From: Steroidobacteraceae bacterium | Lineage (GTDB): Bacteria > Pseudomonadota > Gammaproteobacteria > Steroidobacterales > Steroidobacteraceae | DNA: 64,000 bases | Assembly: GCA_050012315.1 (NCBI GenBank) | Contig: JBEKHK010000008.1 | Span: 18,968 to 82,967 of the forward strand | Direction of reading: 5' to 3' | Notes under the pieces: model-generated | Databases searched by the model: none | Seen by the model: only the letters and a program-made list of their open reading frames with translations | What the model was told of the DNA's origin: nothing | Part shown: positions 9,557 through 18,633 of the stretch, in pieces | How positions within the stretch are numbered: position 1 is the first letter of the stretch | How the letters are laid out: the number at the start of each line of letters is the position of its first letter | Position numbers and translations under genes: made by a program

Positions 9557-10304
9557 CGCCCTGATCCTGAGCGCGCTCCTTGCCTGCGCGGGCGCCGGTG
9601 CGAGTGCCTTCGCGAGACCCCCGGACCCGCCGCCTCGGCCCGCGCTCGAGGCGGCGGCGCACGCGCCGCTGACCCCCGACGAGGTTCAGGCGGCCGCGGC
9701 AAAACTGCGCGCGGACCCCAACTTGGGCAGCAAGAAGAAAATCCGTTCGCTTCGCTGGATTCGCTCGGACACGCCGCACCGGCCGCAGCAAGCGGCGCCG
9801 TGGGTGGTGAGTCTGTTCGAGTATCTCGGTCAGACCGGCAGCGTACTGCTCTGGGTGGCGGGCGCCATCGGAGTCGCCATCGCCGCGATCTGGGCATACC
9901 GGACGTTCAAGGCGCGCAGCCCCGCGCCGAATGCCATGGCCGCACCCACCGTTTCCCGGGTCGGCGAGATGGACATCCGCCCCGACTCGTTGCCCGAAGA
10001 CATCGGCGCGGCGGCGCTCGCGCTCGCCGAGGCCGGGAAGGCCCGCGAGGCGCTCTCGCTCTTATATAGGGGCGCACTGTCCCGCGCCGTGCATCGTTTC
10101 GGCATCACGATCGGGGAGTCTTACACCGAGGGCGAAGCGCTGCGCGCGGTCGGCGTGCGCCTCGAGGCGCCCCGCGTCTCGTATTTCTCCGATCTCGTCG
10201 GCATTTGGCGCCGCGCCGTTTATGCGGGTGAACCAGTGGCCGGCGATTCCGTCAGGCATCTGTGCCGGGGCTTCGCGGCAGCTCTCGGCGAGGCGGCGCC
10301 ATGA
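9540..10304 (+). CDS. DUF4129-domain protein (signal peptide, Pro-rich linker, TM helix, C-terminal DUF4129-like domain)
   Basis: GTG start. MRFPADALILSALLACAGAGASAFA is a signal peptide. The C-terminal region LLYRGALSRAVHRFGITIGESYTEGEALRAV...IWRRAVYAGEPV resembles the DUF4129 signature. Confidence 0.65.
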   Translation: MRFPADALILSALLACAGAGASAFARPPDPPPRPALEAAAHAPLTPDEVQAAAAKLRADPNLGSKKKIRSLRWIRSDTPHRPQQAAPWVVSLFEYLGQTGSVLLWVAGAIGVAIAAIWAYRTFKARSPAPNAMAAPTVSRVGEMDIRPDSLPEDIGAAALALAEAGKAREALSLLYRGALSRAVHRFGITIGESYTEGEALRAVGVRLEAPRVSYFSDLVGIWRRAVYAGEPVAGDSVRHLCRGFAAALGEAAP

Positions 10305-11461
10305 GTCGCGACCGGTGGATTCAGCTGATCGCGGTCCTCGGTTTGATCGCATCGACCGTGTGGATCGCCCGGCATACATACTGGGACGAACTCTCGATCA
10401 CGACCCCGCCGAAGGGCGAGGCCGCGCGCAATCCCTACTACGCGGTGATGCAGCTTGCCGGGCATCTCGGAATCCGCGCGAGCATGATCGGCTCGCTGCA
10501 CGCGTTGCCTCCCGACGCCATCGTGCTCGTCAACAGCCTCCACGACGACCTGCGCCACGGATCGGTCGAGTCCCTGCAGGCCTGGGTACAATCCGGAGGC
10601 CGGCTGATTATCCGCAGCGATACCTTGGAGACGAGTGAGCCGTTGCAAGTCTGGAGCGGCATCGCGCCTGTGCCACCCGACGCCGTCCCCGCGCGCCCGG
10701 CACGCTCCGCTGACGACGACTGCAAGCCCATGGTAGTCAGCCTGAACGGCGTGCCGAGCGGCCGGTCGCTGGCTCTTTGCAACCTCTTGCCGACCGGCTT
10801 GACGAGCGGGCGAGTACCGTCGTGGTCGCTGTCGAATTCCGACGGAATCCAGGTATTGCGCGTAGCCATCGGCCGCGGCGAGCTTACGGTCGTCGGCCCG
10901 GGCATGTTGGCGAATTGGAACCTGCCGAAGGGGGATCATGCGCAAATTTTCGTCGCGGCGGCGGGACTGCGGCACGGCGATCGGCTGGAGATCCTGGGCC
11001 GCACTCGCGCCGAACCTCTTCCCGTGCTGCTCTGGCGGCTGGCGGCGCCCGCCATCGTGTTTCTGTCCGCCGCGGTCGTGTTGACGATCGTCAGGCATCT
11101 TCCCCGCTTCGGGCCGCCGATACCGGTGGTGCCGCCCATCCGGCGCTCGCTCGCGGAACAGATCCGCGCCAATGCGCGCTTTGCTTGGCGCACGCAAAAG
11201 CTCAGGTCGCTGCGCACCGCCATGCGGCGAGCCTTGGACGAGGCGGCGCAGAGGCGGATCGTCGGATACGATCGAATGGGGCCGCGCAAGCGCGCGGAGG
11301 CGCTGGCGGCGAGCACCGGTATCGATGCCGGGACGATCAGCGCAGCCCTGCTCGCCGATTCCGCAGGCAGTGTCAACGAACATCGTGCGGCGATCATGCT
11401 GTTGGATGCGTGCCGCCGCGTCCTGACCGGATCCGAACCCAACCGAAGGCATCACGCATGA
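10301..11461 (+). CDS. DUF4350-like protein (N-terminal TM anchor, large periplasmic domain, second TM)
   Basis: Internal ATG of ORF 10262..11461 (MSRDRWIQLIAVLGLIASTVWIA). Family assignment rests on architecture and on its position between DUF4129 and MoxR. The ATGA overlaps the upstream stop. Confidence 0.6.
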   Translation: MSRDRWIQLIAVLGLIASTVWIARHTYWDELSITTPPKGEAARNPYYAVMQLAGHLGIRASMIGSLHALPPDAIVLVNSLHDDLRHGSVESLQAWVQSGGRLIIRSDTLETSEPLQVWSGIAPVPPDAVPARPARSADDDCKPMVVSLNGVPSGRSLALCNLLPTGLTSGRVPSWSLSNSDGIQVLRVAIGRGELTVVGPGMLANWNLPKGDHAQIFVAAAGLRHGDRLEILGRTRAEPLPVLLWRLAAPAIVFLSAAVVLTIVRHLPRFGPPIPVVPPIRRSLAEQIRANARFAWRTQKLRSLRTAMRRALDEAAQRRIVGYDRMGPRKRAEALAASTGIDAGTISAALLADSAGSVNEHRAAIMLLDACRRVLTGSEPNRRHHA

Positions 11462-12432
11462 CCGAAGAATCTCCCGCCATCGCACGCGCCGGCGAACTGC
11501 TCGCCAAACTGCGCGCCCAAATCGCGAACGCCTTGGTGGGTCACCAGGCCGTCGTCGATCAGACGCTCATCGCGCTCCTGGTGGCGGGCCACGTGCTCAT
11601 CGAGGGAGTTCCGGGCCTCGGCAAGACGCTCCTGGTCCGCGCGCTCGCGCAAGCGTTGGCGCTCAAGGTGGCGCGAGTGCAGTTCACTCCCGATCTCATG
11701 CCTTCCGATATCACCGGGCATGCGATATTGGACCCCGCCACCCATGCGATGCGAATCGTCCGCGGGCCGGTGTTCACCAACATCCTCCTGGCCGACGAGA
11801 TCAATCGTGCGCCCGCGAAGACACAGAGCGCGCTGCTGGAGGTCATGCAGGAGCACCAGGTGACGCTCGAGGCGGAAACGCTGATGCTGCCGCGGCCTTT
11901 CATGGTGCTGGCAACTCAGAATCCGATCGAGACCGAGGGCACGTATCCCCTGCCCGAGGCGCAGCTCGACCGCTTCCTCTTGAAGATCGATATGACCTAT
12001 CCGACCCAAAGCGAAGAGGTGGACATCGTCGCACGCACCACCACGGACCAGGCCGGCGACGAGTTGCCGCTCTCCGGGGTGACCGCGGTGCTCAGCGAGC
12101 GCGCCGTGCTCGCCTTGCAACATCTCGCCGCACGACAGCGCGTCGATACGGCGGTCGTCGACTACGCCGTGCGGATCGCGCGAGCCACGCGCGACTGGCC
12201 CGGGATCGCCGTCGGCTCGGGATCGCGCGGACCGATCGCGCTGGTACGCGCGGCGAAGGCCGCCGCGCTGATCGCGTCGCGCTCGTTCGTGCTGCCGGAG
12301 GACGTGAAGGCGGTCGCGGTTGCGGCCCTGCGTCATCGGATCGCCTTGTCGGCCGATGCGCAGCTCGACGGGCGCAAGCCCGACGACGTGCTCGCGGTAA
12401 TTCTGGAAGCCACGGCCGCCCCCCGATTGTGA
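11458..12432 (+). CDS. MoxR-family AAA+ ATPase
   Basis: 324 aa. Walker A GVPGLGKT, Walker B LLADEINRAPAKTQSALLEVMQE and the following ATQNPIE..GTYPLPEAQLDRF are the hallmark MoxR/AAA_3 block. The ATGA overlaps the upstream stop. Confidence 0.9.
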   Translation: MTEESPAIARAGELLAKLRAQIANALVGHQAVVDQTLIALLVAGHVLIEGVPGLGKTLLVRALAQALALKVARVQFTPDLMPSDITGHAILDPATHAMRIVRGPVFTNILLADEINRAPAKTQSALLEVMQEHQVTLEAETLMLPRPFMVLATQNPIETEGTYPLPEAQLDRFLLKIDMTYPTQSEEVDIVARTTTDQAGDELPLSGVTAVLSERAVLALQHLAARQRVDTAVVDYAVRIARATRDWPGIAVGSGSRGPIALVRAAKAAALIASRSFVLPEDVKAVAVAALRHRIALSADAQLDGRKPDDVLAVILEATAAPRL

Positions 12433-13802
12433 CGTTCGCTGAAATCCACAAGGCCGTCCTGCCCTCCGGCGCACTGATCGCGCTCGTTACCGTGATCGGC
12501 GCAGTCCTCATCGGCGCGCCTTTCACCGCGGCATCGCCGCGCGCGATCGTCTGGAGCGCGGCCGGGCTCGGAGCCTTCCTCGTTCTGTTGACGGCGCTCG
12601 ATGTTCATCTCAGCTTGATTCACTGGCGGGCGGCGCCCCTCACCCTTCACCGCCGCCTGCCGCATGCGTTCGCGGTCGGCGAACCCGTCAGGGTGCAGAT
12701 CAGCCTCGCGAATCCCGGCCGCGCCAAGCGCCGCGGACGCTACTTCGAACTGGCCGATCCGACCTTGCTCGTTCCGGCGATGCCGCTGCGCTTCGCGATC
12801 GGACCGGGAGAGCGGGAAACACTGGAATTCCAGCTCACCCCCACCGCCCGGGGCATGAGGTCCTTCGAGGCCGGCCAAATCCTGCTGCGCTCGGCGCTGG
12901 GCCTGCTGGACTGGAACCTTCGCATCGGAAATCCGGAGGCACGCCGCGTATTCCCCGACTTCAAGCGTCAGGCCGCTTTCGCCTGGATGGCGAGCAACCG
13001 GCGGCTGGCGGAACTCGGGATCAAATCGGTGAGGCGCCGCGGCTCGGGAACGGACTTCGATCAGTTGCTCGAATACCGTCCGGGAGATCCCATCCGCCAC
13101 ATCGACTGGAAGGCGACGCTCAAGCACGGACGCCCGATCACGCGCTCGTTTCGAGATGACCGGGATCAGAGCGTGATGTTTCTTCTCGACTGCGGGCGCC
13201 GGATGCGTGCGGACGACACGCAATGGGGCATCGGCGCGACCCATTTCGATCAATCGCTCGACGCCTTGATGCTGCTGGCATTCGTCGCGCTCAGCCGGGG
13301 CGATGCCGTCGGCGCGATGACCTTCGGCACGGCCGCCGGCCGGGAGCGGCGCTTTGCGCCCCGCAAGGGCCGGCAGACACTCAACGCCCTGATGGCCGAA
13401 CTGGGCGACGTCGAGCCGTCGCCGACCTTCTCGGATTACACGATCGCGGCCACCGAGCTCCTCGAGCGCCGCCGCAAACGGGGTCTCGTCGTACTGATCA
13501 CCAACTGCCGGGACGAGGACTCGGCCGAGCTCGGCGCAGCGATCCGGCTGCTGCGCTCCAGACACCTGGTGGTGCTCGCTAATCTCAAGGAACAAATCGT
13601 CGGCGAGATAGCCGCGCAGCCGCTGTCGAGCCCGGTTTCCGTACTCGAAGTGGCAGCCGCCGTAGAATACGAGCAACGCCGCCGCGATATGCAGAAGCGT
13701 CTTGCGATGAGCGGCGCGGTGCTGGTCGACTGCGAGCCTCGAGCGCTGGGCGTGGAACTCGTGAATCGTTACAACGTGTTGAAGCGGACGCGTGCGATTT
13801 AG
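12429..13802 (+). CDS. DUF58-domain protein (VWA-like partner of MoxR), N-terminal TM helices
   Basis: GTG start overlapping the MoxR stop (GTGA). GSGTDFDQLLEYRPGDPIRHIDWKATLKHGRPITRSFRDDRDQSVMFLLDCGRRM is the characteristic DUF58 core. Confidence 0.85.
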   Translation: MTFAEIHKAVLPSGALIALVTVIGAVLIGAPFTAASPRAIVWSAAGLGAFLVLLTALDVHLSLIHWRAAPLTLHRRLPHAFAVGEPVRVQISLANPGRAKRRGRYFELADPTLLVPAMPLRFAIGPGERETLEFQLTPTARGMRSFEAGQILLRSALGLLDWNLRIGNPEARRVFPDFKRQAAFAWMASNRRLAELGIKSVRRRGSGTDFDQLLEYRPGDPIRHIDWKATLKHGRPITRSFRDDRDQSVMFLLDCGRRMRADDTQWGIGATHFDQSLDALMLLAFVALSRGDAVGAMTFGTAAGRERRFAPRKGRQTLNALMAELGDVEPSPTFSDYTIAATELLERRRKRGLVVLITNCRDEDSAELGAAIRLLRSRHLVVLANLKEQIVGEIAAQPLSSPVSVLEVAAAVEYEQRRRDMQKRLAMSGAVLVDCEPRALGVELVNRYNVLKRTRAI

Positions 13803-13822
13803 GCCGTGTACACTTCGTCCGA

Positions 13823-15289
13823 ATGAAGCACCCCATTGTCCGCGGCGCTCTCGTTTCCGCCGCCATCGTTTGCATGACCATCTGCGCCGGGATTTGCGAC
13901 GGTGCCTCCGCCGCATCCCAGACTCGATCCGCGGCGCCGGCGGTGTCCCCCGAGCCCTCCGACCATTTGAGCTATGGACGCTTCAAGGACCTGGCAATCT
14001 ATTCTCCGGCGGGTCCGCCGAAGAGCTTCCTGCTGTTGTTGTCCGGCGCGGAGGGGTGGAATTCGCGCGTCGCGATGCTCGCGCAGACGCTTGCCGAGCA
14101 CGGCGCGCTGGTGGCCGGCATCGATTTGCCGAAGCTCGATGCCAACCTGGCGGCCGACGACGGCGATTGCGTGTTTCTGGATGGCGACCTGGAAAACCTG
14201 AGCCACTTTCTCCAGGCCTACACTCATGTGCCCACCTATCTTCCGCCCTTTCTCATGGGCTATCGGGCGGGGGCCGTGCTCGCCTATGCGACACTCGTGC
14301 AGGCGCCCGCCCATACTTTCGCCGGCGCGGTGACGGTGGGATTCTCGCCCGACACGCAGCTGAGCAAGCCGCTCTGCAAGGGCTCGGGCCTCGAATCGAC
14401 GCGGCTCCCCGGCGGCGCCGCCGCCGGGCTCCGATATCTTCCCGCCAAGGAATTGGCAAGCCCGTGGATCCTGTTCCAGGACCATGATCCGTCGAGCGCC
14501 CTCGAGGCGGCGCACTTCGTCGCCGGCATGCGGGGAGCGGCGCTCGTCACGCTGCGGATCGGGAGCGACTATTCGCCCCCTGAAGCCTGGCTGCCCAAGC
14601 TCCTCGCTGCGTTCGACACCTTGGTGGCGCGGACCGCTGCTGAGACGCTGCCGCCCGCGCCCGCGGCGCTCGGCGACCTGCCGATCGTCGAAGTTCCCGC
14701 TCAACCCGGAACCGCTCCCACCGATACCTTCGCCATCATCATGTCGGGGGACGGCGGCTGGGCGGGCCTCGACAAGGAAGTCGCCGATGCGCTCAGCACT
14801 CACGGCATCCCGGTCGTCGGGCTGGATTCGCTGCGCTATTTCTGGGGCGCGCGCACGGCCGAAGGACTCGCTCGAGATACCGACCACATGATCCGCTATT
14901 ACCTCGCGCACTTGGCCAAGAAGCGGGTGTTGCTGATCGGCTATTCGCAGGGCGCCGATGTATTGCCCTTCGCCGTGAATCGCCTGCCTGCGGCCACCCG
15001 CGCCACCGTGGCGCTGGCGGTTCTCATGGGAATGTCCGAGCATGCGCTGTTCGAATTTCACGTCAGCAGCTGGATCTCGAATGACACGACGGGGCCGCTG
15101 ACCCTGCCGGAAGTGAGCCGCATCGCGAACATTCCCGTCCTGTGCATCTACGGAGACGGCGACAACGATTCGCTCTGCCCCAAACTCGATCCGACCAGAT
15201 TTCACGTGGTGAAGTTGCCGGGCGGACATCATTTCAACGGCGACTACGCGGGGTTGGCTCGCGCCATACTCGCGACGGCGAACCGATGA
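13823..15289 (+). CDS. AcvB/VirJ-family virulence-factor-like alpha/beta hydrolase, secreted
   Basis: Signal peptide MKHPIVRGALVSAAIVCMTICAG. The C-terminal block FAIIMSGDGGWAGLDKEVADALSTHGIPVVGLDSLRYFW...LLIGYSQGADVLPFAVNRLP matches the VirJ domain as I remember it. Confidence 0.75.
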   Translation: MKHPIVRGALVSAAIVCMTICAGICDGASAASQTRSAAPAVSPEPSDHLSYGRFKDLAIYSPAGPPKSFLLLLSGAEGWNSRVAMLAQTLAEHGALVAGIDLPKLDANLAADDGDCVFLDGDLENLSHFLQAYTHVPTYLPPFLMGYRAGAVLAYATLVQAPAHTFAGAVTVGFSPDTQLSKPLCKGSGLESTRLPGGAAAGLRYLPAKELASPWILFQDHDPSSALEAAHFVAGMRGAALVTLRIGSDYSPPEAWLPKLLAAFDTLVARTAAETLPPAPAALGDLPIVEVPAQPGTAPTDTFAIIMSGDGGWAGLDKEVADALSTHGIPVVGLDSLRYFWGARTAEGLARDTDHMIRYYLAHLAKKRVLLIGYSQGADVLPFAVNRLPAATRATVALAVLMGMSEHALFEFHVSSWISNDTTGPLTLPEVSRIANIPVLCIYGDGDNDSLCPKLDPTRFHVVKLPGGHHFNGDYAGLARAILATANR

Positions 15290-16584
15290 CGGGCGTGTCG
15301 AGGCGGGCTTTCTTGAGCACCGCACCCGCCGTGCCGTTCCTGGTCGCGGCCATGACGAATCGGGCGGCCGCGCAAACGAGCCCGCCGGCGGCCACCGGGA
15401 CGCCGGCCGCGGCGCCCGTCACCACCGCGGGCCTTCAGCCGATGACCGGCGGCGCCGTGCCCATATCTTCCGCCGAGAGGCGTGCGCGAATCGCCAAGGC
15501 GCAAACGCTGCTGGCAGGGCGCAGAATCGGCGCGCTGCTCGTCGACACGGGCTCCTCGCTCGATTATTTTACCGGGATTCGGTGGAATAGCTCCGAGCGC
15601 ACCACGGCGGCCGTCATTCCCGCGCGGGGCGAGGTCATCATCGTCACGCCCGCATTCGAAGAGCCCTCGGTGCGCGAGACACTGGCGATTCCGGCCGACG
15701 TGCGCGTTTGGAACGAGGACGAAAGCCCGTTTCTGCGGATCGTCCAGGGGCTGCGCGACCGGGGGATCCGTTCCGGCCCCGTGGCGGTCGAGCCCACCAT
15801 GCGCTATTTCATCATCGATGGCGTGAGAAATGCCTCCAAGGATTACCAGATCGTTTCCGGCGCTCCGGTGGTTCGTGCCTGTCGCATGATCAAATCGGCG
15901 GCGGAGCTCGCCCTCATGCAGACCGCCAATGACATCACGATCGCTGCGCTTCGGCACTTGTACGCGCATGTCGAGCGCGGCATGAGCGCTGCCGATTTGG
16001 CCGCGATCATGAATGACGCCACCATTGCCTTGGGAGGCTCGCCGGAGTTCGCTTTGAGCCTGCTGAACGAGGCGTCGGCCTATCCGCACGGCTCCCACCA
16101 ACCCCAGTCGGTCGCCGAGGGATCGGTGATCCTCATGGATTGCGGCTGCAGCGTGCATGGCTATCAGTCCGACATCTCGCGTACCTGGGTATTCGGCGAA
16201 GCGAACGCGCGTCAGCGAACGCTCTGGAATACCGTGAAACGCGGGCAGCAGATCGCGCTCGAGAGCGCGAAGATCGGCGTCGCCGCCGGCGCGCTCGACG
16301 ACGCCGTGCGCAAATATTACGCGACCGAGGGCTGGGGGCCAGGTTACAAGCTTCCGGGCCTGCCTCATCGTACCGGCCACGGCATCGGTCTCGACGGCCA
16401 CGAACCCGCCTATCTCGTGCATGGCGACGCGACGCCGCTCGAGACCGGGATGTGCTTCTCCGACGAGCCCGGCCTCTACGTTCCGGGCGAGTTCGGCATC
16501 CGATTGGAGGATTGCTGGCACATGACCGATGCAGGACCGAAGCTCTTCACAGGCCTCGCGAAGTCCATCGACGACCCGTTTTGA
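15286..16584 (+). CDS. M24-family metallopeptidase (Xaa-Pro aminopeptidase/dipeptidase-like) with twin-arginine signal
   Basis: Internal ATG of ORF 15142..16584. MTGVSRRAFLSTAPAVPFLVAAMTNRAAA is a Tat-type signal (SRRAFL). M24 metal-ligand blocks are present: MDCGC..GYQSDISRT, HRTGHGIGLDGHE, SDEPGLY, IRLED. The ATGA overlaps the upstream stop. Confidence 0.85.
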   Translation: MTGVSRRAFLSTAPAVPFLVAAMTNRAAAQTSPPAATGTPAAAPVTTAGLQPMTGGAVPISSAERRARIAKAQTLLAGRRIGALLVDTGSSLDYFTGIRWNSSERTTAAVIPARGEVIIVTPAFEEPSVRETLAIPADVRVWNEDESPFLRIVQGLRDRGIRSGPVAVEPTMRYFIIDGVRNASKDYQIVSGAPVVRACRMIKSAAELALMQTANDITIAALRHLYAHVERGMSAADLAAIMNDATIALGGSPEFALSLLNEASAYPHGSHQPQSVAEGSVILMDCGCSVHGYQSDISRTWVFGEANARQRTLWNTVKRGQQIALESAKIGVAAGALDDAVRKYYATEGWGPGYKLPGLPHRTGHGIGLDGHEPAYLVHGDATPLETGMCFSDEPGLYVPGEFGIRLEDCWHMTDAGPKLFTGLAKSIDDPF

Positions 16585-16593
16585 GGACAAGGT

Positions 16594-18633
16594 ATGGTCG
16601 ACACATCCAAGAGCGCCGCCGCCCTGCAAGCGGCCCGGCGCAGTCTGTCCCAAGGCGATGCCGTCTCGGCCCGTGAGGCCTGCCTCAAGCTTCTGCGCGA
16701 CGATCCGGACGAATCCGGCGCCTGGCATTTGCTCGGAGTGCTCGAATATCGCAATGGCGATCCGCAAGCGGCCGAAGACTGCCTGCGGCGGGCCGCCGAG
16801 GCGAGCAACACCACGGCATTGTACCTATTGAGCTACGCGGAGCTGTGCTGCAAGAGCCGCGACCGCGCCGGCGCCCTGGCGATGACGCGCCGGGCGCTGA
16901 GCATGGACGCCAAGTTGCCGCTGGGCTGGTTGTCCTTGGGCGCGCAACTGCTCGACGCGCGCGAATACACGGAGGCGCAGAGCTGCCTCGAGCACGCTTT
17001 GCAGCTGGACCCGCGGCAGTGGCAGGCGCGCGCCCAACTCGCCCTTCTCCTGGCGGCGACCGGACGCATCGCAGAGGCCGACGCGCGCTTCGAGCAGCTC
17101 CTGCAAGACGAGGGCGGCCACGCGGAGGTGCTCGCGCAACATGCCGCTTATCTTCAGAGCCTCGGGCGGCACGAGGATGCGGCGGCCGAGATCGCGCGGG
17201 CCATCGAGAACGCGCCCAATTCGCTCGATCACCACCTGCGCGCCGTGGACATCGACATGCAGCGCGGCCGAATCGAATCCGCGCTGAATAGAATCGAGTC
17301 GATCGAGCATCGCTGGGAGAACGATCCCGCGTTGCGGGCATCGAAGGCCACCGTGCTCCGGCTGCTCGATCGCTTCGAGGAGGCGATAGCCTTATGCCGC
17401 GAGGCCTTGGATCGCAGTGCGCAATCGGCCGAGCTACTGCGCGCCTACGCCCAAGCGCTTCATCTCGCGGGGCAGGACGAGGCCGCCTTCGCCGCGCTGG
17501 ATCGCGCGGCCATCACGCGACCCGCGCTCGCCCTGTCGGAGAAGGCCGTGCTGCTCAGCACTCTCGGACGCTTCGCAGAAGCTTGCAGCACCTTCGATCG
17601 AGCGTTGACTCATGAGCCTTGGTTGGCCGATGCCTGGTACGACAAGGCCAATGCAAAAACCTTCACGGCCGGGGACACCGACATCGCTGCAATGAGCGGA
17701 CTTCTCGAGGCCGGTTGCTCGCACCGCGACCGCATCTTGCTGAATTTCGCGCTCGGCAAGGCGCACTTCGAGACGGAAGCGGTGGATGCCGCATTCGCTC
17801 ATTGGCACGAGGGCAATCGCTTGAAACGCTCCGTCATCACGTACGATGTGGATGCTGCCGCCGCGACGTTGCGATCGATCGCCGCCGCTCCGCTGGAATC
17901 GGCGCAGATCGAGCTTTCGGGGGCGCGTGCCTCCGAGTTGCCGGTGTTCGTGGTCGGCATGCCGAGAAGCGGCTCCTCGCTGATCGAGCAGATCCTTGCC
18001 TCGCATCCCGATGTCCATGGCGGCGGCGAGCAACTCCGATTGCGGGAGGTGCTCGATCCCTTCTCGAAGCGCGGCGAGCGTGGCGACGAGGCGAGGACGG
18101 CGGAGGAGGCGCTCAGGATCCTACGGCGGCATTCGCCGAGCGCGGCACGGGTGATCGACAAAGATCTGATGAATTTCAGCCGTCTCGGGGTCATTCACCG
18201 CATCTTTCCCAACGCCCGCATCGTCCATTGCCGCCGCGACGCGCTCGACACGTGCTTTTCGGCCTACACGAAATTATTCGTCGGCAACTTCTCATTTTCC
18301 TACGATCTGCGGGAATTGGGCCTTTACTATCGCAGCTACCATTCGCTGATGGAACACTGGCGCCGTGCCCTGCCCGCTCGAGTTTACATGGATGTGGACT
18401 ACGAGACCTTGGTGACGCAGCCGGAACCAACGATGCGTCGGCTCGTGGACTTTTTGGGCCTGCGGTGGAACGAGGCCTGCATGCGCTTCTTCGAGAGTCG
18501 GCGTCCGGTCAACACTTCGAGTCTTGCGCAGGTGCGACGCCCGATCTACCGCTCGAGCGTCGGCCGATCGGCGGCCTTGCGAGCTCATTTGCGTCCGCTG
18601 ATCGAGGCGCTCGGCGAGCTGAGCGGAGTCTGA
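16594..18633 (+). CDS. TPR-repeat protein fused to a C-terminal sulfotransferase domain
   Basis: 679 aa. The N-terminal ~430 aa are TPR helices. The C-terminal part has a PAPS-binding-like 5'-PSB motif (VVGMPRSGSSLIEQIL) and a sulfotransferase-family tail (RIVHCRRDALDTCFS...). Confidence 0.8.
   Translation: MVDTSKSAAALQAARRSLSQGDAVSAREACLKLLRDDPDESGAWHLLGVLEYRNGDPQAAEDCLRRAAEASNTTALYLLSYAELCCKSRDRAGALAMTRRALSMDAKLPLGWLSLGAQLLDAREYTEAQSCLEHALQLDPRQWQARAQLALLLAATGRIAEADARFEQLLQDEGGHAEVLAQHAAYLQSLGRHEDAAAEIARAIENAPNSLDHHLRAVDIDMQRGRIESALNRIESIEHRWENDPALRASKATVLRLLDRFEEAIALCREALDRSAQSAELLRAYAQALHLAGQDEAAFAALDRAAITRPALALSEKAVLLSTLGRFAEACSTFDRALTHEPWLADAWYDKANAKTFTAGDTDIAAMSGLLEAGCSHRDRILLNFALGKAHFETEAVDAAFAHWHEGNRLKRSVITYDVDAAAATLRSIAAAPLESAQIELSGARASELPVFVVGMPRSGSSLIEQILASHPDVHGGGEQLRLREVLDPFSKRGERGDEARTAEEALRILRRHSPSAARVIDKDLMNFSRLGVIHRIFPNARIVHCRRDALDTCFSAYTKLFVGNFSFSYDLRELGLYYRSYHSLMEHWRRALPARVYMDVDYETLVTQPEPTMRRLVDFLGLRWNEACMRFFESRRPVNTSSLAQVRRPIYRSSVGRSAALRAHLRPLIEALGELSGV

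Noticed and set aside
10220-16767. A chain of long minus-strand ORFs (10220..11485, 11452..12474, 12333..13916, 13799..15325, 15244..16767) opposite the MoxR cluster, the AcvB-like gene and the M24 peptidase
   Set aside because: All are Arg/Gly/Asp-rich without domains. The plus-strand genes carry diagnostic motifs (Walker A/B, DUF58 core, VirJ block, M24 ligands) and coupled start/stop overlaps.
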